DNA from: Antechinus flavipes
Lineage: Eukaryota
Length of the DNA: 64,000 nt
Assembly (NCBI RefSeq): GCF_016432865.1
Contig: NC_067403.1
Span: forward strand, 241,490,001 to 241,554,000
Direction of reading: 5' to 3'
Position 1 is the stretch's first letter. Every line of letters starts with the position of its first letter. Position numbers and translations under genes: made by a program. The notes beneath the pieces were generated by a model, which was not told the origin of the DNA, did not search any database, and saw only the letters and a program-made list of their open reading frames with translations. Below, one piece after another: positions 33,817 to 47,343 of this stretch.

Positions 33817-35061
33817 CATGTGGACAAGGACATTGCTACATTAAGCAAGGCATAGGGATACAAGGAATTACTAATTACAGATATGCATTCTGGAGGCCAC
33901 TTAACAGATCAAAGTTGGAAATCTGTATCCTGGTCTCCATTTAAACCCTACAATAAAATACTCTGCCTGGCACGAGCCAGGCCCGACGGGGGGAGTATGC
34001 CCGTCCTGTGGGGACAAGAAAGAAGTTACTTGCTAGGCTCGCCAGAAGGAAACCTTGCAAAGATAGGGGTGGAGATGGGGGGATGATTGTCTGCTTAGAT
34101 GAAATTATGGACCCCTAAGTAAAGTGATATAATGTAAGGGAAGGAAGAGAAAAGGCAATGAAAACCAACGTGCCCAAGTACTTCCTTTGAAATCCAGTCC
34201 TTCCACAAAGTACCTTCTGACTGAGGTCCTCCCAGCCATTATCCAGAGGGATCACTCTGGGGGAGGAGGCACTAACTGTCCCCACCCACTGCCACCTAGA
34301 GCAGGCAAGCCAGCTGAGCCAAAGTACTGAGGCTCCCTGAGACAGGAGGTAGGCCATGTGCCGGCCAAGTCCAATTGGCCACCATTTCCCATGAATCCAA
34401 TGGAGTTAAAACAAGAGCCTTGAGCAGTTGTGCTTCTAGGCCCTGTCCTGCAGTCCTGGGCCTGGGAAGCAGCCCCTCAGGGGAAGCAGCCTGGATACCA
34501 AAGTCTCTCACATATCTATGATTTAACATTGAAAACTGGGATCATTTTTTCCATGGAACTAATATTAAAGGGGTATTAGTCACTGTACCTAAAGGACCAT
34601 GGGAACCTTTCCATCCGACTTGAAAACTGGGGCTGAAACTGTCCTTATGTGTTGTAAGTTTGTGCAGTGGCTAATAACTCTCTCCCTCCGTCTCAATCAG
34701 AAGGGACATGGCAGTATTTTGCATATATGGGTTGATAAGGAAATAGAAGAATTCAACAGTTAGTTTGCCTCCTTTAGTATGGAAACTCCCAGAAGACACA
34801 GATCAGAGAATCTGTTTTATGACATACAACTCACAAAGTTCACTAAATGTGTTTTTTGTTAAGACTTATACAACCACCACCTGATAATAACATAAAAATC
34901 AAATAAGGGACCAAAACTCACAACGGGTTTCCATTACAAAGAAAAAATAACTAATCGCTTTGGAGAAAAAAAGTTGTCCTTTTCAAAATTTCCGTTAGGC
35001 TCACCTCATCTGCGTCAAAAAGGAACCAACTTCCAAGAGAAGGCAAGCAACAGTTACTTAC

Positions 35062-35129
35062 CCACAGTTGTTGACAGCCATCAGGTTGGAGATAAGTACA
35101 AAGGGATAGGTCAGCATACTGGCAAAGAA
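35062..35129 (-). CDS. MTCH2: MTCH2 exon 11
   Basis: tcttctag| and |gtaagt; FFASMLTYPFVLISNLMAVNNC(G). Confidence 0.97.
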
Positions 35130-35881
35130 CTAGAAGACCAAAAGGAAAGAAGAATATGGCAAAGCTTTCAGGACAACTTTTAATTTTCACCATCTATTTT
35201 GCCTCTCTAGTTCTATTAAATGGCCTGGGGATACCACTTGGAGTAAAGAAAAAATGAGTAAGTATTCCCTTTGAGCATGGGAGTTCCATCGAACTTTCTA
35301 TACAGTCTTCAAATTTGAGCCATTGGTGGCTGGAAGTTAGTCATTGGACCAAATTTTCTATTTCCCCACAGAGATATTTTACTTTTGTTGTGTGATCAAC
35401 CATTTCACATAGAGAAAAGTGCTTTGTAATACACAGTGTAAAATCATATCCACATATAATCAAGATATAAATCAAAATTGCAGTCTCTTGGCTGAATACA
35501 TGAAAATGGTTACCTATTCCAGGATAAAAGGATGCTGGTGATAGTAAGTGATATTTTAAGATACCACATAGATCAAGATAATTAAAACTCCTCAGTACTG
35601 AAATACCAGGAAGCCCGCTTCCTCAGGCCGGAGGATTTATTCACAGAGGTATAACACTAGGCTCACAGAGGTGGTGGGGTTTACTTTTTAGAAATGGTGT
35701 GGATTCAATAATAAGATATAAGAGATCTAGGTGCCTCTATGTACCTACAAAATAAAGTATCAACGAACTTGGGAAGAAATATTCTGAAACATGTGATGGA
35801 TGACTTTTTCATATACTCAATACAGACTGGATGATAAAAACAAGTCTATTTCTAATCCAAGAAGAAGATGACCAAACTTAC

Positions 35882-35929
35882 TCCGGTGACAGCTTGGGAA
35901 TAACTCTTCATTTCATTCATGGTGGAAAC
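35882..35929 (-). CDS. MTCH2: MTCH2 exon 10
   Basis: cttctttag| and |gtaagt; VSTMNEMKSYSQAVTG. Confidence 0.97.
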
Positions 35930-36604
35930 CTAAAGAAGGGGAATACCTTTAGAACAAATGAAAAAATTCTGCTGCTATTATCAGCTGAGACCATCAATAT
36001 ATCCTTCATCTCATTTACTATCAATTTCTTTGTAAAACTTTCAACTTTCCAACTAGATTTTAGAGATAAAGTATTAACGAAAAGTAGCTAAATTAATTAT
36101 TTACATCCTTGTGAAAGCAGACAAATATGTCTTAGGTCAAAGTGATTTTTAGGTACAGATTTTTTTTAAAAGGTTGGTTAACTTTTACTTAGAGACAGCT
36201 AGGTGAACCAGTGGATAGAACACTGGGCTTGAAGTCAGGAAGACCCAAGTACAAATTCAGCCTCAGATATTGATAAGCTCTCATTTTTAATCACTCTCTG
36301 CTTGTTTATTCAACTATAAAATGGGATTAATAATAGCATCTGTACCCAAGGCATGTAATGAGGAGTAAAAGAGATTTTTGTAAAGTGCTTAGCACAAAGT
36401 AGATATTTGTTCCCTCCTTCCTCCTGACTAGAAATATAATTACTTTAACAACAGAATATTCCATTTAAGATATATGGGCCTCCTGGAGGGAGTTCCATCA
36501 CACGTCCTTTTCTTCAAGTGATATTCAAATAACCCAATCTGGGTCCAAAAAGATTTTCTGACATTTACTCATATACCCCTAAGACACTGTTTTTCTCCAT
36601 AATA

Positions 36605-36842
36605 TGGGGTGGTTTAGGTGGATAAACAATAGGGTTGAAATAAGGAAATCTCATCTTCCCGAGTTCAAATCCAGTCTCAGACATTTCCTGGCTGTGTGAC
36701 TCTGGGCAGGTCACTTCACCCTGTTTCCCTCAGTTTCCTCATCTATAAAATGAGCTAGCGAAGGACACGATAAACCACCCCAGAATCTTTACCAAGAAAA
36801 CCCCAAATGGGCTCAGGAAGCATTGGACACCCCTGAAATGAG
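36605..36842 (+). mobile_element. MAR1-like CORE-SINE with RTE-derived tail (others: about 60721-60910 +, tail fragment 26641-26730 -)
   Basis: gagttcaaatcc...ctgtgtgac...cagtttcctcatctataaaatgagct...atctttaccaagaaaaccccaaatggg. Confidence 0.75.
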
Positions 36843-37723
36843 GGAACCCGCCATGGTAGTGTTACACCCCAAAAGAACACTTGATGTATGGGCTGGGAAT
36901 GCCACCAACAAGAGAACATGGTCAAGTGATACTAGCTCTCCAAATCCAGGATAACAAGGGAAGATTTCAAGGGAGCTAACAACTTGGAACTTTTAATAAC
37001 TGAATAAATGAATTTCAATATTGTCGGTTTCCTTTGTAATCCTGGGGACTTTATTTTACGCATTTAAAATCATTCTGAAATGAGTCTCGCCCCAGATCAA
37101 GGAGGTTCAGAACCTTTTCTCTCATACAGCTTTTAAAAGATCCAAGGAAGTGAGGGATTCTTCAGGACTTCTTCCAAAAGCCCCATTTCTCCTAAATATA
37201 GTGGGGAAGCTCAGCCTACAAGTGGTTTGGAGGCAAGAATTGGGCTCCTGAGATCACCTAATCATTCTTCCATACACCTGCTGGCTTTTTATAGTGGTTC
37301 CTAAGGCAGCTGGGTGCCATCAGACACTGAGAGCGCTACCGGGATTTAGGAAGTTTAAATCTGACTCCAGATATTTCCTGGCAAGTCTTGTGAGTTCAGA
37401 CTAGTCACCCAACCTCTGCCTGGCCCAGGCTCCTCAGATGTTTAATGGGAATAACAAGAGCACCTATCTCCCAGAGTCACTATGAAGTTAAAATGAGATA
37501 TTTATCAAGTGCTTTGCAAACCTTAAACATGCTAGATAAATTCTAGTTATTCCACAGGGCCTTATTAAGGTCAAAGGCATAAACTTCTCCAATAGCTCCT
37601 GGCAGTCTGGTCTTTACCACATGTTCTGAAGCCTGAGGGAAGGCAGGTCACCATTGTACTAGCCATTATTCATGCCTAAAATCTGAGTCTAGTCATAGTT
37701 TATGCAGATCTCACACAACTTAC

Positions 37724-37817
37724 CCCACTCTCCAGTGCATAGGTATTGACGAGGTAGGCCAACGAATTACAGAGCCACAAGGAAATGATGTCTCCCAGAA
37801 GGCGAGGAATAAGGCCC
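37724..37817 (-). CDS. MTCH2: MTCH2 exon 9
   Basis: aatggcag| and |gtaagt; (A)GLIPRLLGDIISLWLCNSLAYLVNTYALESG. Confidence 0.97.
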
Positions 37818-39116
37818 CTGCCATTAAAAAAAAAGTCAGAGTTTAGAATAAAGACTAAAGAATGAAAAAAATCTACTCTATGTACCTATTGAAATGTATT
37901 ACATTTCATATAATATTTTGAATTTTTCAAAATTAGATCCAGAAGTCAAATAACTTTGCATAATTTTAAAAATTTGAACCCAAAAACCAGAATGTAATTT
38001 CAAGTGGAGCACATCTTCACCTAATTCACCCTTCAGGATATGGGGCAGAGGCTAAAATATGGAAGGCTGATTTCCAAAGTCCTTAATTCCCTTTTTAAAA
38101 ATTCTAAGTGAAGTAGCCTTCTCATACTGTTTGGTCTGCCATATTATCACTAATTACATTTTTTGAGGCAAAAAAATCTATTAGAGGCTTAAAAGAAGAT
38201 TAGATATAGCATCTGTCTAACAAGATTTTATAAATATAAAATTAAGACAAAAAAAAATCAGGAAGAACGAACATCACACAAAGAGGATGACACCAAGAGG
38301 GGCCCATATGAGCTTAATAAGGAAAATGGCAAATAAGGACAAAAAGTTGGGCAAAATGGACCTTTGTATCTTCCACTTCCTCCAGATAAATAAAATCAAA
38401 TGCGAATAATAAAGAAAGATAAATTCCTTCAACTTGCTACTGGCAGAATCCCTTACTGAGAAGGGACAAGATGACTTAGAATGAGGTTACTTTTATGCAT
38501 CCTTGACCAAGACAAAGATTTTGGATGAAAAACTTTAAATCACAAATTGTGAGGTCAATGGGAATTTGATTTGGAAGGATGCCGGAAGTAATAGGAATCT
38601 TGAGTATACATTCTGTAGGAAGAAGTGAGACCTAATTTTTTCAGAAATTATGGGGACGGGAGGATTTGCTTTCTTTGCCAATGAACATTTATTACAAATG
38701 TTTTACTCTCTCCCCCTCTTCCCCCACCCCTCTTCAATTAGTTTTTCTGGGAGGACAGAGAAAGAAAGGCGACTATCAACAGTACTGTCAAAAAAAAAAA
38801 AAAAACAAAACCCCCAACACCAAAACCCCAAAACAGAGAAACAGAGGTCACCGAAGCATTTCAAATGCACAGAAAGATATTTAGAAAGAAATAAATGAGT
38901 GGGACAGCTTGGAAAGTAATTATATCTTAAAAGGAAACTCAAGTTAAATTTACATGGTTTTAAGGACAATTCTCATTTTATTTGGAGTCTCTTAAGTTCA
39001 GAACTTAAAAAAAGGTATATCCAGAGAATAAAGAGAGATCACCACTATCCTCTGAAGACACCCTCCCTTCCCCCACTCTAAATTACTTAAGCAAAATAAC
39101 ATCAACATCAACTCAC

Positions 39117-39176
39117 GCAAAGAATCCTAGGAAGCCTTCCTCTCGGTAAATGGTTACTATGGAGTCACACAGTCCA
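39117..39176 (-). CDS. MTCH2: MTCH2 exon 8
   Basis: ttattcag| and |gtgagt; (C)GLCDSIVTIYREEGFLGFF(A). Confidence 0.97.
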
Positions 39177-39602
39177 CTGAATAAGGGAACGAGAAAAAAA
39201 AACCATTTTGGTATTTTGTAGACATGAACAACAGCACTCATGGGTCTGGGACTGAAGAAGTTGAGCGTCCTCCTGCACATGCTTCCTTAATCTCCAAGTT
39301 GCTTTAAAAAGACCTTGCTTTTTTTTTTGAACATCCACACAAAGAAAACAGAGCTGATGGCACGTGTTGTGTCCAAACAGCAGGAAAGGCATCATCACTT
39401 TCCCATGATGTAGTCAATAGCTCAATATTTATGAAGTGATTACTATGTGCCAGGCAATGTGCTAAGTACTGGGGAGATGGACCCACCCACCTACAGTTCT
39501 GTCCTCAAGGAGCTCCCTGTCTCAGGTTTTGGGGGAGTCTCCATTCTAACGGCCCAAACTCTTTTAGCCTCTCCTTAGGAAAGTGTGTCCTGAGGCACTT
39601 AC

Positions 39603-39654
39603 CAGTATTTGCTCTCTCTGCCAATGAATTGTACCATAGATCTCAGGGTAATCA
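39603..39654 (-). CDS. MTCH2: MTCH2 exon 7
   Basis: gtcctacag| and |gtaagt; (V)ITLRSMVQFIGRESKY(C). Confidence 0.97.
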
Positions 39655-39899
39655 CTGTAGGACAGAGAGAAAAAGTATTGGTAGACACGGATACTGAAAA
39701 ACCACTTATTCTACCTAGCGATACTTAGCTATCTGGATAACTTGGACTATAAAAAGAAACCACAACACCCACGAAGAAATCCCTAAATGAAATCCCACGT
39801 AACCCTCCTCAGAGGTCAAGGGGCAAGTCAAAACGGATCAGGAATATCAATGGAATGTGCGCCACAATTTCTGTTACCATGTCATACCAAGAAACATAC

Positions 39900-39957
39900 C
39901 ATGGAAGGGATGTGTAACGAGGGTAGCAGCAGAACGAGCCATCATCTCTCGAGTAGT
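39900..39957 (-). CDS. MTCH2: MTCH2 exon 6
   Basis: gtttctag| and |gtatgt; TTREMMARSAATLVTHPFH(V). Confidence 0.97.
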
Positions 39958-41488
39958 CTAGAAACAATCGACACACATTTCTGAAACCTAAATTTTGACA
40001 TTCAAAAGTTGTATGAGATCAAATGTGGGTGAATACTGTACTATATGAAAAGGGCGTGAGGTGAAACAAGGCTCCAGCCTTGGAGTCAGGAACAGTAGCG
40101 TGGAGAGGATACAGTAGAATACTTTGTCATTCTAGCATACCTTTCACTCATGGATTTCAATGTTCTTTTTTAGTTATTCCTCAAAATATCTCTGCGAAGC
40201 CGGTTCCCGTTATTTTCTCAATTTTATAGATGAGAAAAACAAAAGCAAAAAACAGGGAGGGTCACCAGCAGGTAGTCACAGAGCTGGAAGAAAAACTAAG
40301 AGTGCTGAATTCAGAGCATAAGGTCACGCTCTCTTCTGAATGACTTGCAATCAATCCAGATCCCTCTATCACGCAGGCATTATTTCATGAGCCTCTCCAG
40401 GAGAGATGGAGTGACATTTAATAGGGCTCTTTCCTACAACCCTACAAAAGTAAGAAACTAGGAGTTGCTGAGGTTAGCTGTCATTTTTCTAGTCTAGGGC
40501 ACTGTGTGTTAGGAGCAAAGAATAAACTATGATTCCTAGATAAAAAATTGGGGGCTTGAAATACGCTAAGTTGGTCTTATAACTTTCTGCACAGAGACAT
40601 ATTCTTGGTATTAATAAGAAGACAGTCACTGTATGAGTCATTATCACCTAGACAGAAGAATTTTGGGACCACCCAAATATAAGTAAGAATAAAATAGAAA
40701 AGGGACCAAAGTTAAGTGAAAATTTTTTTTGTTACTAGTAATGCTAGTTTTTGTCTGAAATGACATTAAAAAAAAGTGTATAAAACCAAATCAGTTTTTT
40801 GTTTGATAAACTTAAATTTTAGATGATGAATGCTAAAGCTAACTCTAAGAAAACATCTAATATCCAAACAAAAGCAGCAGTTTTTTGGGGGGAGTCTGGA
40901 GAGGCAAAACAGAAATTGCTTTAGGGGAAGAAGGGATGGAGAATGGGCAGTGGTGAAAGGGAGATCCCAAACATGCCAAGTGTTACACAAGCATTCTTAG
41001 AGATATGACAGTTAACATGCCAAGGGCTTCATTCTGTCTTTAACCTTTTCTTGAAGATTTTCATTCAGTAACCACATAATTGTAATGTTTTAGACAAGAA
41101 TCTTAATTTTGGTTGAATGCATCTTTTCCCCTAAAATAAAGTTTTTTTCTTGGTTCTTTCTAGTTAAGTAGCATTAAGTCAAAACCAAGTTAATGTTTCA
41201 TTTAAAAAAAAAAAACAAGAGACTAAAGAATGACATTATAATTACAAATTATCAAAGAGTCCTCTGGGCCTCTTAAGAGTCAGGGCCAATTCTAGGCACC
41301 AGGAATCCAAAGACAAAGAATGAAACAATTGCTATTCTCTGAGTCAAGGTAAGAAGCAAAGGGAAGCTTGAGGCCTTGAATCAGTCACTGATTACATATG
41401 GCTGAGGGGCTACTCATTCTATATATATTGTAACACGCTGAGTTCAACTTAGAGAACAGTTTTTTTCATATCTAGGTTAACTTCCTAC

Positions 41489-41557
41489 CTCCTTGATAAC
41501 CCTGTCAAAGCTGGATGGGCCATCTTTTTGCTGAGTTGAAGATCCTTGTTTTAATTC
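41489..41557 (-). CDS. MTCH2: MTCH2 exon 5
   Basis: ttttcgcag| and |gtagga; 69 nt; ELKQGSSTQQKDGPSSFDRVIKE. Confidence 0.93.
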
Positions 41558-41752
41558 CTGCGAAAAGAATAAGAGAATCAGGCTTCTGATGGCTTCAAAC
41601 AGAATGATTCAGACTGGTGTCTACTCCTTAGACTAGCAGTTCACTAAGTACTTAAAGGTTTAATTATGGGGCTTTCTCCTGAAGGGAAGGGTTAAGCAGC
41701 AATAATCATTTGCAAGGACAGGGTTCATGCATAAAAATCAGCTCCAACATAC

Positions 41753-41779
41753 CTCAGTTTTGTCACAATCCTGGTATTG
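41753..41779 (-). CDS. MTCH2: MTCH2 exon 4 (27-nt micro-exon)
   Basis: ttctctgtag| and |gtatgt; QYQDCDKTE. Confidence 0.92.
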
Positions 41780-44700
41780 CTACAGAGAAAAGAAGGAAAA
41801 AAAAAAAGAGGATTTGGGTTATTGTAGAATCCTGTGACAGAAGACACAAAACACAATTGTACTAGTGGTGGCTGGACTAGATCACATGTCATGGGTAGTC
41901 TCCTGTCACTCAATCAATAGCTAACATCAACTAAGAACTGGGAACAAGCTCTGTCAGCCCAACTAACCAAATTTGGCATATGGGTCTTAGAAACAAACAG
42001 TGCTAACACTAAAGCCAGACATCTGTGCAAAAAGCTCGTAAATCACAGCACAAAATTCATTTTCTTGTGGTAAGAAAAGAATGGATACCAAAGAGCAAGG
42101 CTATAGTGTGGGACAGGAAAACCAGCAACTTTCCAAAGTCTGGTCAGCTGAAATCATACAACTATTTAAACTGCTCTAAATCAAGAAAATAATATTTGCA
42201 CACAGAACATATAATAATGTAATCGTTCCTTTGATCCTACAAACAGCCCTATAGGAGCCAGAAACTCCAAAAGGCCAATCTAAAGTCACATGGCTATCAT
42301 CAGCCAACACACCGACTCCCATATTCTGACTCCAAGGCCAATGTCTGTCTGACTACATACTTCTAGAGAAGGTAGTATAGAAGGATAAAAGTATGGTTTC
42401 TGCTCAACCAGATTTTTAAAGGTAAAATTAGCTATGTCAAAAGAAAATTCACAAAGGAAAAGAACATCTTACAAGAGGATAACTTTTAAAATAACACAAG
42501 GGGCCCACGTGAGAACAGAAGAGGGATATCCATTTATATCATTTGCCCTGGGTTAGAAGATGAAGTGGGAGTTGTGGGATAGTTTAGAAACATAATTTTT
42601 AAAGTAAATAACAGTCATACTTGAAAATTGGACTTCTTTCTTTAAAGTCACATAAACTCAGCTTTGACAAAAATGGAGAGTGCCAAGTCACATTCCCCTG
42701 GTATTTTCTTTCTCACAAGAATACAAAGACAGGGAGTCAAATGAGGGACCTACGGCTTAGGCAGAAGAAGGAAAGGCTTCTGGGGTAGAGTACATTTTTT
42801 ATATCTAGGAAACCCCCATTCAAGCCCTTCCAGACCCAGGGCAAATCCCTTCACTTCTCCTAGAGGCAATTTTAAAAATGGATATTAGGATAGCATCTTG
42901 TGCACTGGGGCTGCAGTGAAGAAGAAGTGAAGTTGGAAGAGCTTCCCCACACTGTAATGTCCTAGAAATGTTAGTTATTAGTATAGTCAATAGGCACAAG
43001 AAGGCTAGGCCAAGGGCTAGTGAGAACTGTAGCTAGGGCTTGGAGCCAAGTATTGCCTAAATTCAAGGTCAGTCCTCCTTCTCCTACATCTCCTAAGAAC
43101 TGAAGGAAGGTAAATAACAGAAGCCAGAGATAATGTCAAATTAACTGGAGTTAAGGCTTGGTAAACCTGTCCTTCCTTCCACAGATTCTGTTCTAAGAGT
43201 CTGTCTAAAAATGCCTATTTATTTTTGGACTTTCCTTTTTTTTTGCCCCCCCCCCTAAAAACAAAACTATTTGCCTCTTTTACATCATTCTGGACTAATT
43301 CTAATATGTGCTTGGTCCAGACATAATCCAGATATATTTACTCTTACAGAGGCTGAAAGTTACTTCACACTGGAGGCACTGGCAACAGAAGTTTCTTCAC
43401 CTGGGAGGAACAGGTTAGATAAGGAAAAATCAGGAAAAAATGAATTCAGAAACCCAGTGTTGGCTAAATCTGAAGACATCAATTGGGAATAATTCACCTT
43501 TTAATAACAACTGCTAGGAAACTTGGAAAGTAACTTGGTAGACATTAGACTTAGGCCAACTTATAATTACACATCCCAGAGTGAGTTCAAAATGCTCATA
43601 TAACCTGATTATCCAAAAGTCCACCATAGAAAATAGTGCAAGAGAACTAGATCAGGTGGTACCTTTTAAGGTACTAGCATTTACTCTAACCTAAACAATA
43701 GATATATGTGATTATAAAAGATTAGATACTAAAATTCAAATTCACTGAAATTGAAAAGCACTTGCGGGGGGGGGGGGGGGCGGGGGGGGAGAGGGAGGAG
43801 GGAAGGGGAAGAAAAAATCTATGTACCCAGTATTTTGTGGAGTACTGGACAAAGCACAGGTCTTGGAATTAGAAAGACTAGCTGTGTGATCCTGGACAAG
43901 TAATTTTTGTTTCAGCTTCCTCATCTGTAAAACAATACCTTTCAGCTTTAACTCTGCAATCCTATAATCTCATTTTTTATATCCAAGATACAGAGGGAAC
44001 ATAGGATCGACATTCTCCATCAGATAACGCTCTTCCAGTCATTGGACATGAAAGGAGGAGTAGATATTTTATATAAATGTCAAACAGATAGGAGCAGAAA
44101 ATCAATGGGGAATAGGCCATGGTCAATTCTGGAAAGATGGTGGAGATCAGAAAATATCAAGTTCTCCAGATTTCTCCCACCAGCAAAAGTACAACTCAGG
44201 GTCAAACTTAGGCTAATTAATGATGAAAAATAAATAAAGTTTGGGGCAGACAATTGGAAAAGATCAAAAGAATTCAAGACAGAGATTTGACTAGCCTGAA
44301 ATGTAAACATGTCCAGGATTCAACAAGGGTTGGGGGGAAACCTGGAGCTTGCTGGAATGGGAGTGAGGGGGCTCTGGTCCTAACCACAGAAACTGTAACC
44401 TTCTTGGGGTCTGAGGACTGAGGGAACCTTGGCTGGTAAGAAGGAGCCAGCACACACAGTGAGTGCAGAAGCAATGGGGCAGGGATGCTATTGACCTCAG
44501 GCACTTAAAGCAAGTGGGAGTGCTTGGTTTTGGGTTCCAGGCAAAAGGGGAGAACTGAAGGAAGAAGAGACACTATGTCCCCCACTCCAGAATTTTAGGA
44601 GTAATTCCACTAATAAACTTTTATTTAAAAAAAAAAAAAAGTAGGCAAAGGAGAAAGAAATGAAACACAGAAAGTTACTATGGAAATAGGGAAGACAAGG

Positions 44701-45090
44701 ATTCATCTTCAGAGGAGGATACTAAGTTTAAAAAAAAAAAAAAAGCCTCCCTATCCCAAAGAGTAATGTTGAATAATGACCTGCCAAAAAGAGTTCACAG
44801 AAGAACTCAAAAAAAGCTAAAAATCAAATGAGAGATTGATAGGAAACTAAATAATAAAAAAAGAACAATCCAAAAAGAACAAGATTATAAAGAGAAAGTC
44901 AAACAATTAGAAAAGGAGATCCAGTCTTAAGGAAGAGATGACTCTTATATAAAGAATTTGAAAATAGATTAAAAGTATGAGATATCTCATAAGAAAACAA
45001 CAGACCTGGAGAAAAGATTGAGGAAACACAGAAATAATTGGATTATGTGAAAGCTATGCCCCAAAATTAAATAAATAAAAATGAAAATCT

Positions 45091-45237
45091 GGGGCAGCTA
45101 GGTAGTGCAGGGGATAGAGCAGCACCAGCCCTGAAGTCAGGAGGACCTGAGTTCAAATCTGACCTCAGACATTTAACACTTCCTAGCTGTGTGATCCTGA
45201 GTCAAGTCATTTAACCCAATTGCCTCAACCAAAAAAA
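45091..45237 (+). mobile_element. WSINE1-like SINE inserted in the L1 ORF1 remnant
   Basis: ggggcagctaggtagtgcagggatagagc...gaagtcaggaggacctgagttcaaatc...ttaacccaattgcctcaacc followed by an A tail. Confidence 0.9.
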
Positions 45238-46695
45238 GAAGAAGAAAATCAGATACAATAATATAAGAAATAATTAAAGGAAATTGTCCTGATATGTTAG
45301 AACCAGAGAAAAAAGTAGAAATAGAAAAAAAAAATCCATCAATCACCACCTGAAAGAGAGCCTAAAAGAAAAACCTACAGGAATATTATTGCTAAATTTC
45401 AAAACCTCCAAATCAAAGAGTAAATTTTACAAACAACAACAACAAAAAACCCTAATTCAAATATGCTGAAACTATAATCAGAATCACACAAGACCTATCA
45501 ATGAGTACAATAAAGATCAAAGGTAATGGAATACTATATATTGAAGATCTAAAGAACTAAGATTGTGGCCAAAAAGATTATATCCAGCAAAATTAAATAT
45601 AATATTGGAAAAAAAAAAAAAGGATAGCTAGATTTTCAGGATTTAATGGCAAAAAAACCTGAACTTAACAGAAAATTTGATGACATATAAAAGTTAACAT
45701 CATAGATTAATTTCAAGGAACTCAAAAAGATTTTACATGTGTATATGTGTAAATGTAAGCCCTATGGCTAAGACTTCATTAAACATTGGGTAGTTCAAAA
45801 CAAAGATTGGAGAAGAGTTGAGTATGATGTGATTTTAAAAAGTAAAATAGTGTAAGAAAAAGTAAAAATAGAAATTCCATTAAACGAATAAGTACAAGAG
45901 CAAGAATTGATACAAATGAATTAGAAGGGAAGAGAGAGGACTGGTGGTTCTAAAATCTTACACTGGAATGAGAAACAATCACATATACACCCACACCCAC
46001 CCACATACATACACACCCATACCCTTATTCATCCACAAGGGTTTAAAACCTTCCCAAACTCAAAATTCATAAAGAAATAAGAGGGGGAGGGAATAGGATA
46101 AGGTGGAACATAAAAAGTTTAAGAGTGAGGTAAGACTCAGAGATCAATGGAAATGGAATAAAGATGAAGGGAAAAGTTAATAGTAAGGCAAACTTATGAA
46201 TAGAAGTAAAGGAGTTAGTAGGGACAGTAAGCAAGAGGTATATGCAAACATAAGATCAGAAACAGAATTTATTAGGAAAAAAAAGTGGGGGTAATTATCA
46301 CTGATCTCAGAAAAAGTCAAAGTTAAAAAGAATCAATCGAAAGAGAAAAATCTATATATTTCAGCTATATTAACATAGCTTTAGATGTATATGCATATGT
46401 ATACATAAAGATATGTGTATGCATATATGTATAGATACATGTATACCTAAATATATCTATGCTTAACCATATTCCAATTGGGGAGAGGTGGGAAAGGGGA
46501 AAAAAAAAGAACAAAGTAAAAAGTACACAGAACAAAAGAAAATCTACAATAAAGAAAAGATAGTTCTGAATACAAGGTCTTCTATTATTATATGATTTCT
46601 TGAAATGTAAATTTATCATTACATATTTTGAAGCCTCTCATTCTGCTGTGAACATAACAATTTTTTTCCTTTTACTATTTTGTATTTAAGTTTTA

Positions 46696-46873
46696 TTTTA
46701 TTTTATTAAAGCCTTTTATTTTCAAAACATATGCACGGATAATTTTTCAACATTGACCCTTGCAAAATTTTGTATTTCAAACTTCCCTCCCTTTCTCCTT
46801 CACCTCCTTTCCTAGATGGCAAATAACCCAATATATGTTAAATATATTTAAAATATATTAAATCCAATATGTG
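46696..46873 (-). mobile_element. 5'-truncated L1 3' end with a 16-bp target-site duplication
   Basis: ttgtatttaagtttta at both 46680-46695 and 46874-46889; body ttttattttcaaaacatatgcacggataatttttcaacattgacccttgcaaa. Confidence 0.8.
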
Positions 46874-47047
46874 TTGTATTTAAGTTTTAAATAAAGAAAA
46901 CTTTAAAAAAGAGAGAAAGAAAAAAAAGGTCATAGTTATAAATCTATTCCTGGAGTACACATAAGAATTTCTCCACTGGACCAACAGTTTAAGTTATAAA
47001 GAAAAGACTATTTATATATATGTGAAAATGGGTCTGAATTCACTTAC

Positions 47048-47154
47048 CTGCAAAACTTTACTGTGGACCACAGTTCCAATGGCCCCAGAACAGAGTCTGG
47101 GAGTTAAGCCTTTAAAGAGCCCGCTTTTTCCATCAATTTTCATAATATGTTGAG
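47048..47154 (-). CDS. MTCH2: MTCH2 exon 3
   Basis: tttcttag| and |gtaagt; (A)QHIMKIDGKSGLFKGLTPRLCSGAIGTVVHSKVLQ. Confidence 0.97.
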
Positions 47155-47343
47155 CTAAGAAAATAAACCAAACACTTAGATCACAATCTGAAGGACTCAT
47201 TACCTAGACACAGAAAAATGCCAGAAAATCTTCATGATCCACTTCAAGAATTCCAAATTCTACCCTCTGCTTCCTTTTAGGCAGACAAATGTAGCACAAA
47301 GTTTTATAGCTATTCATCTCAAAAGTGAATAATACCAACTTAC

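Larger units (their letters stand above)
44125..46925 (+). mobile_element. Degraded L1/HAL1-like element (5' region, ORF1 remnant, short ORF2-start remnant, A-rich 3' end), antisense in MTCH2 intron 3
   Basis: ORF1-like peptides NCPDMLEPE, IIRITQDL and YPAKLNII at about 45280-45610; endonuclease-start-like KKVGVII at about 46280; no RT-length body; boundaries approximate. Confidence 0.7.
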
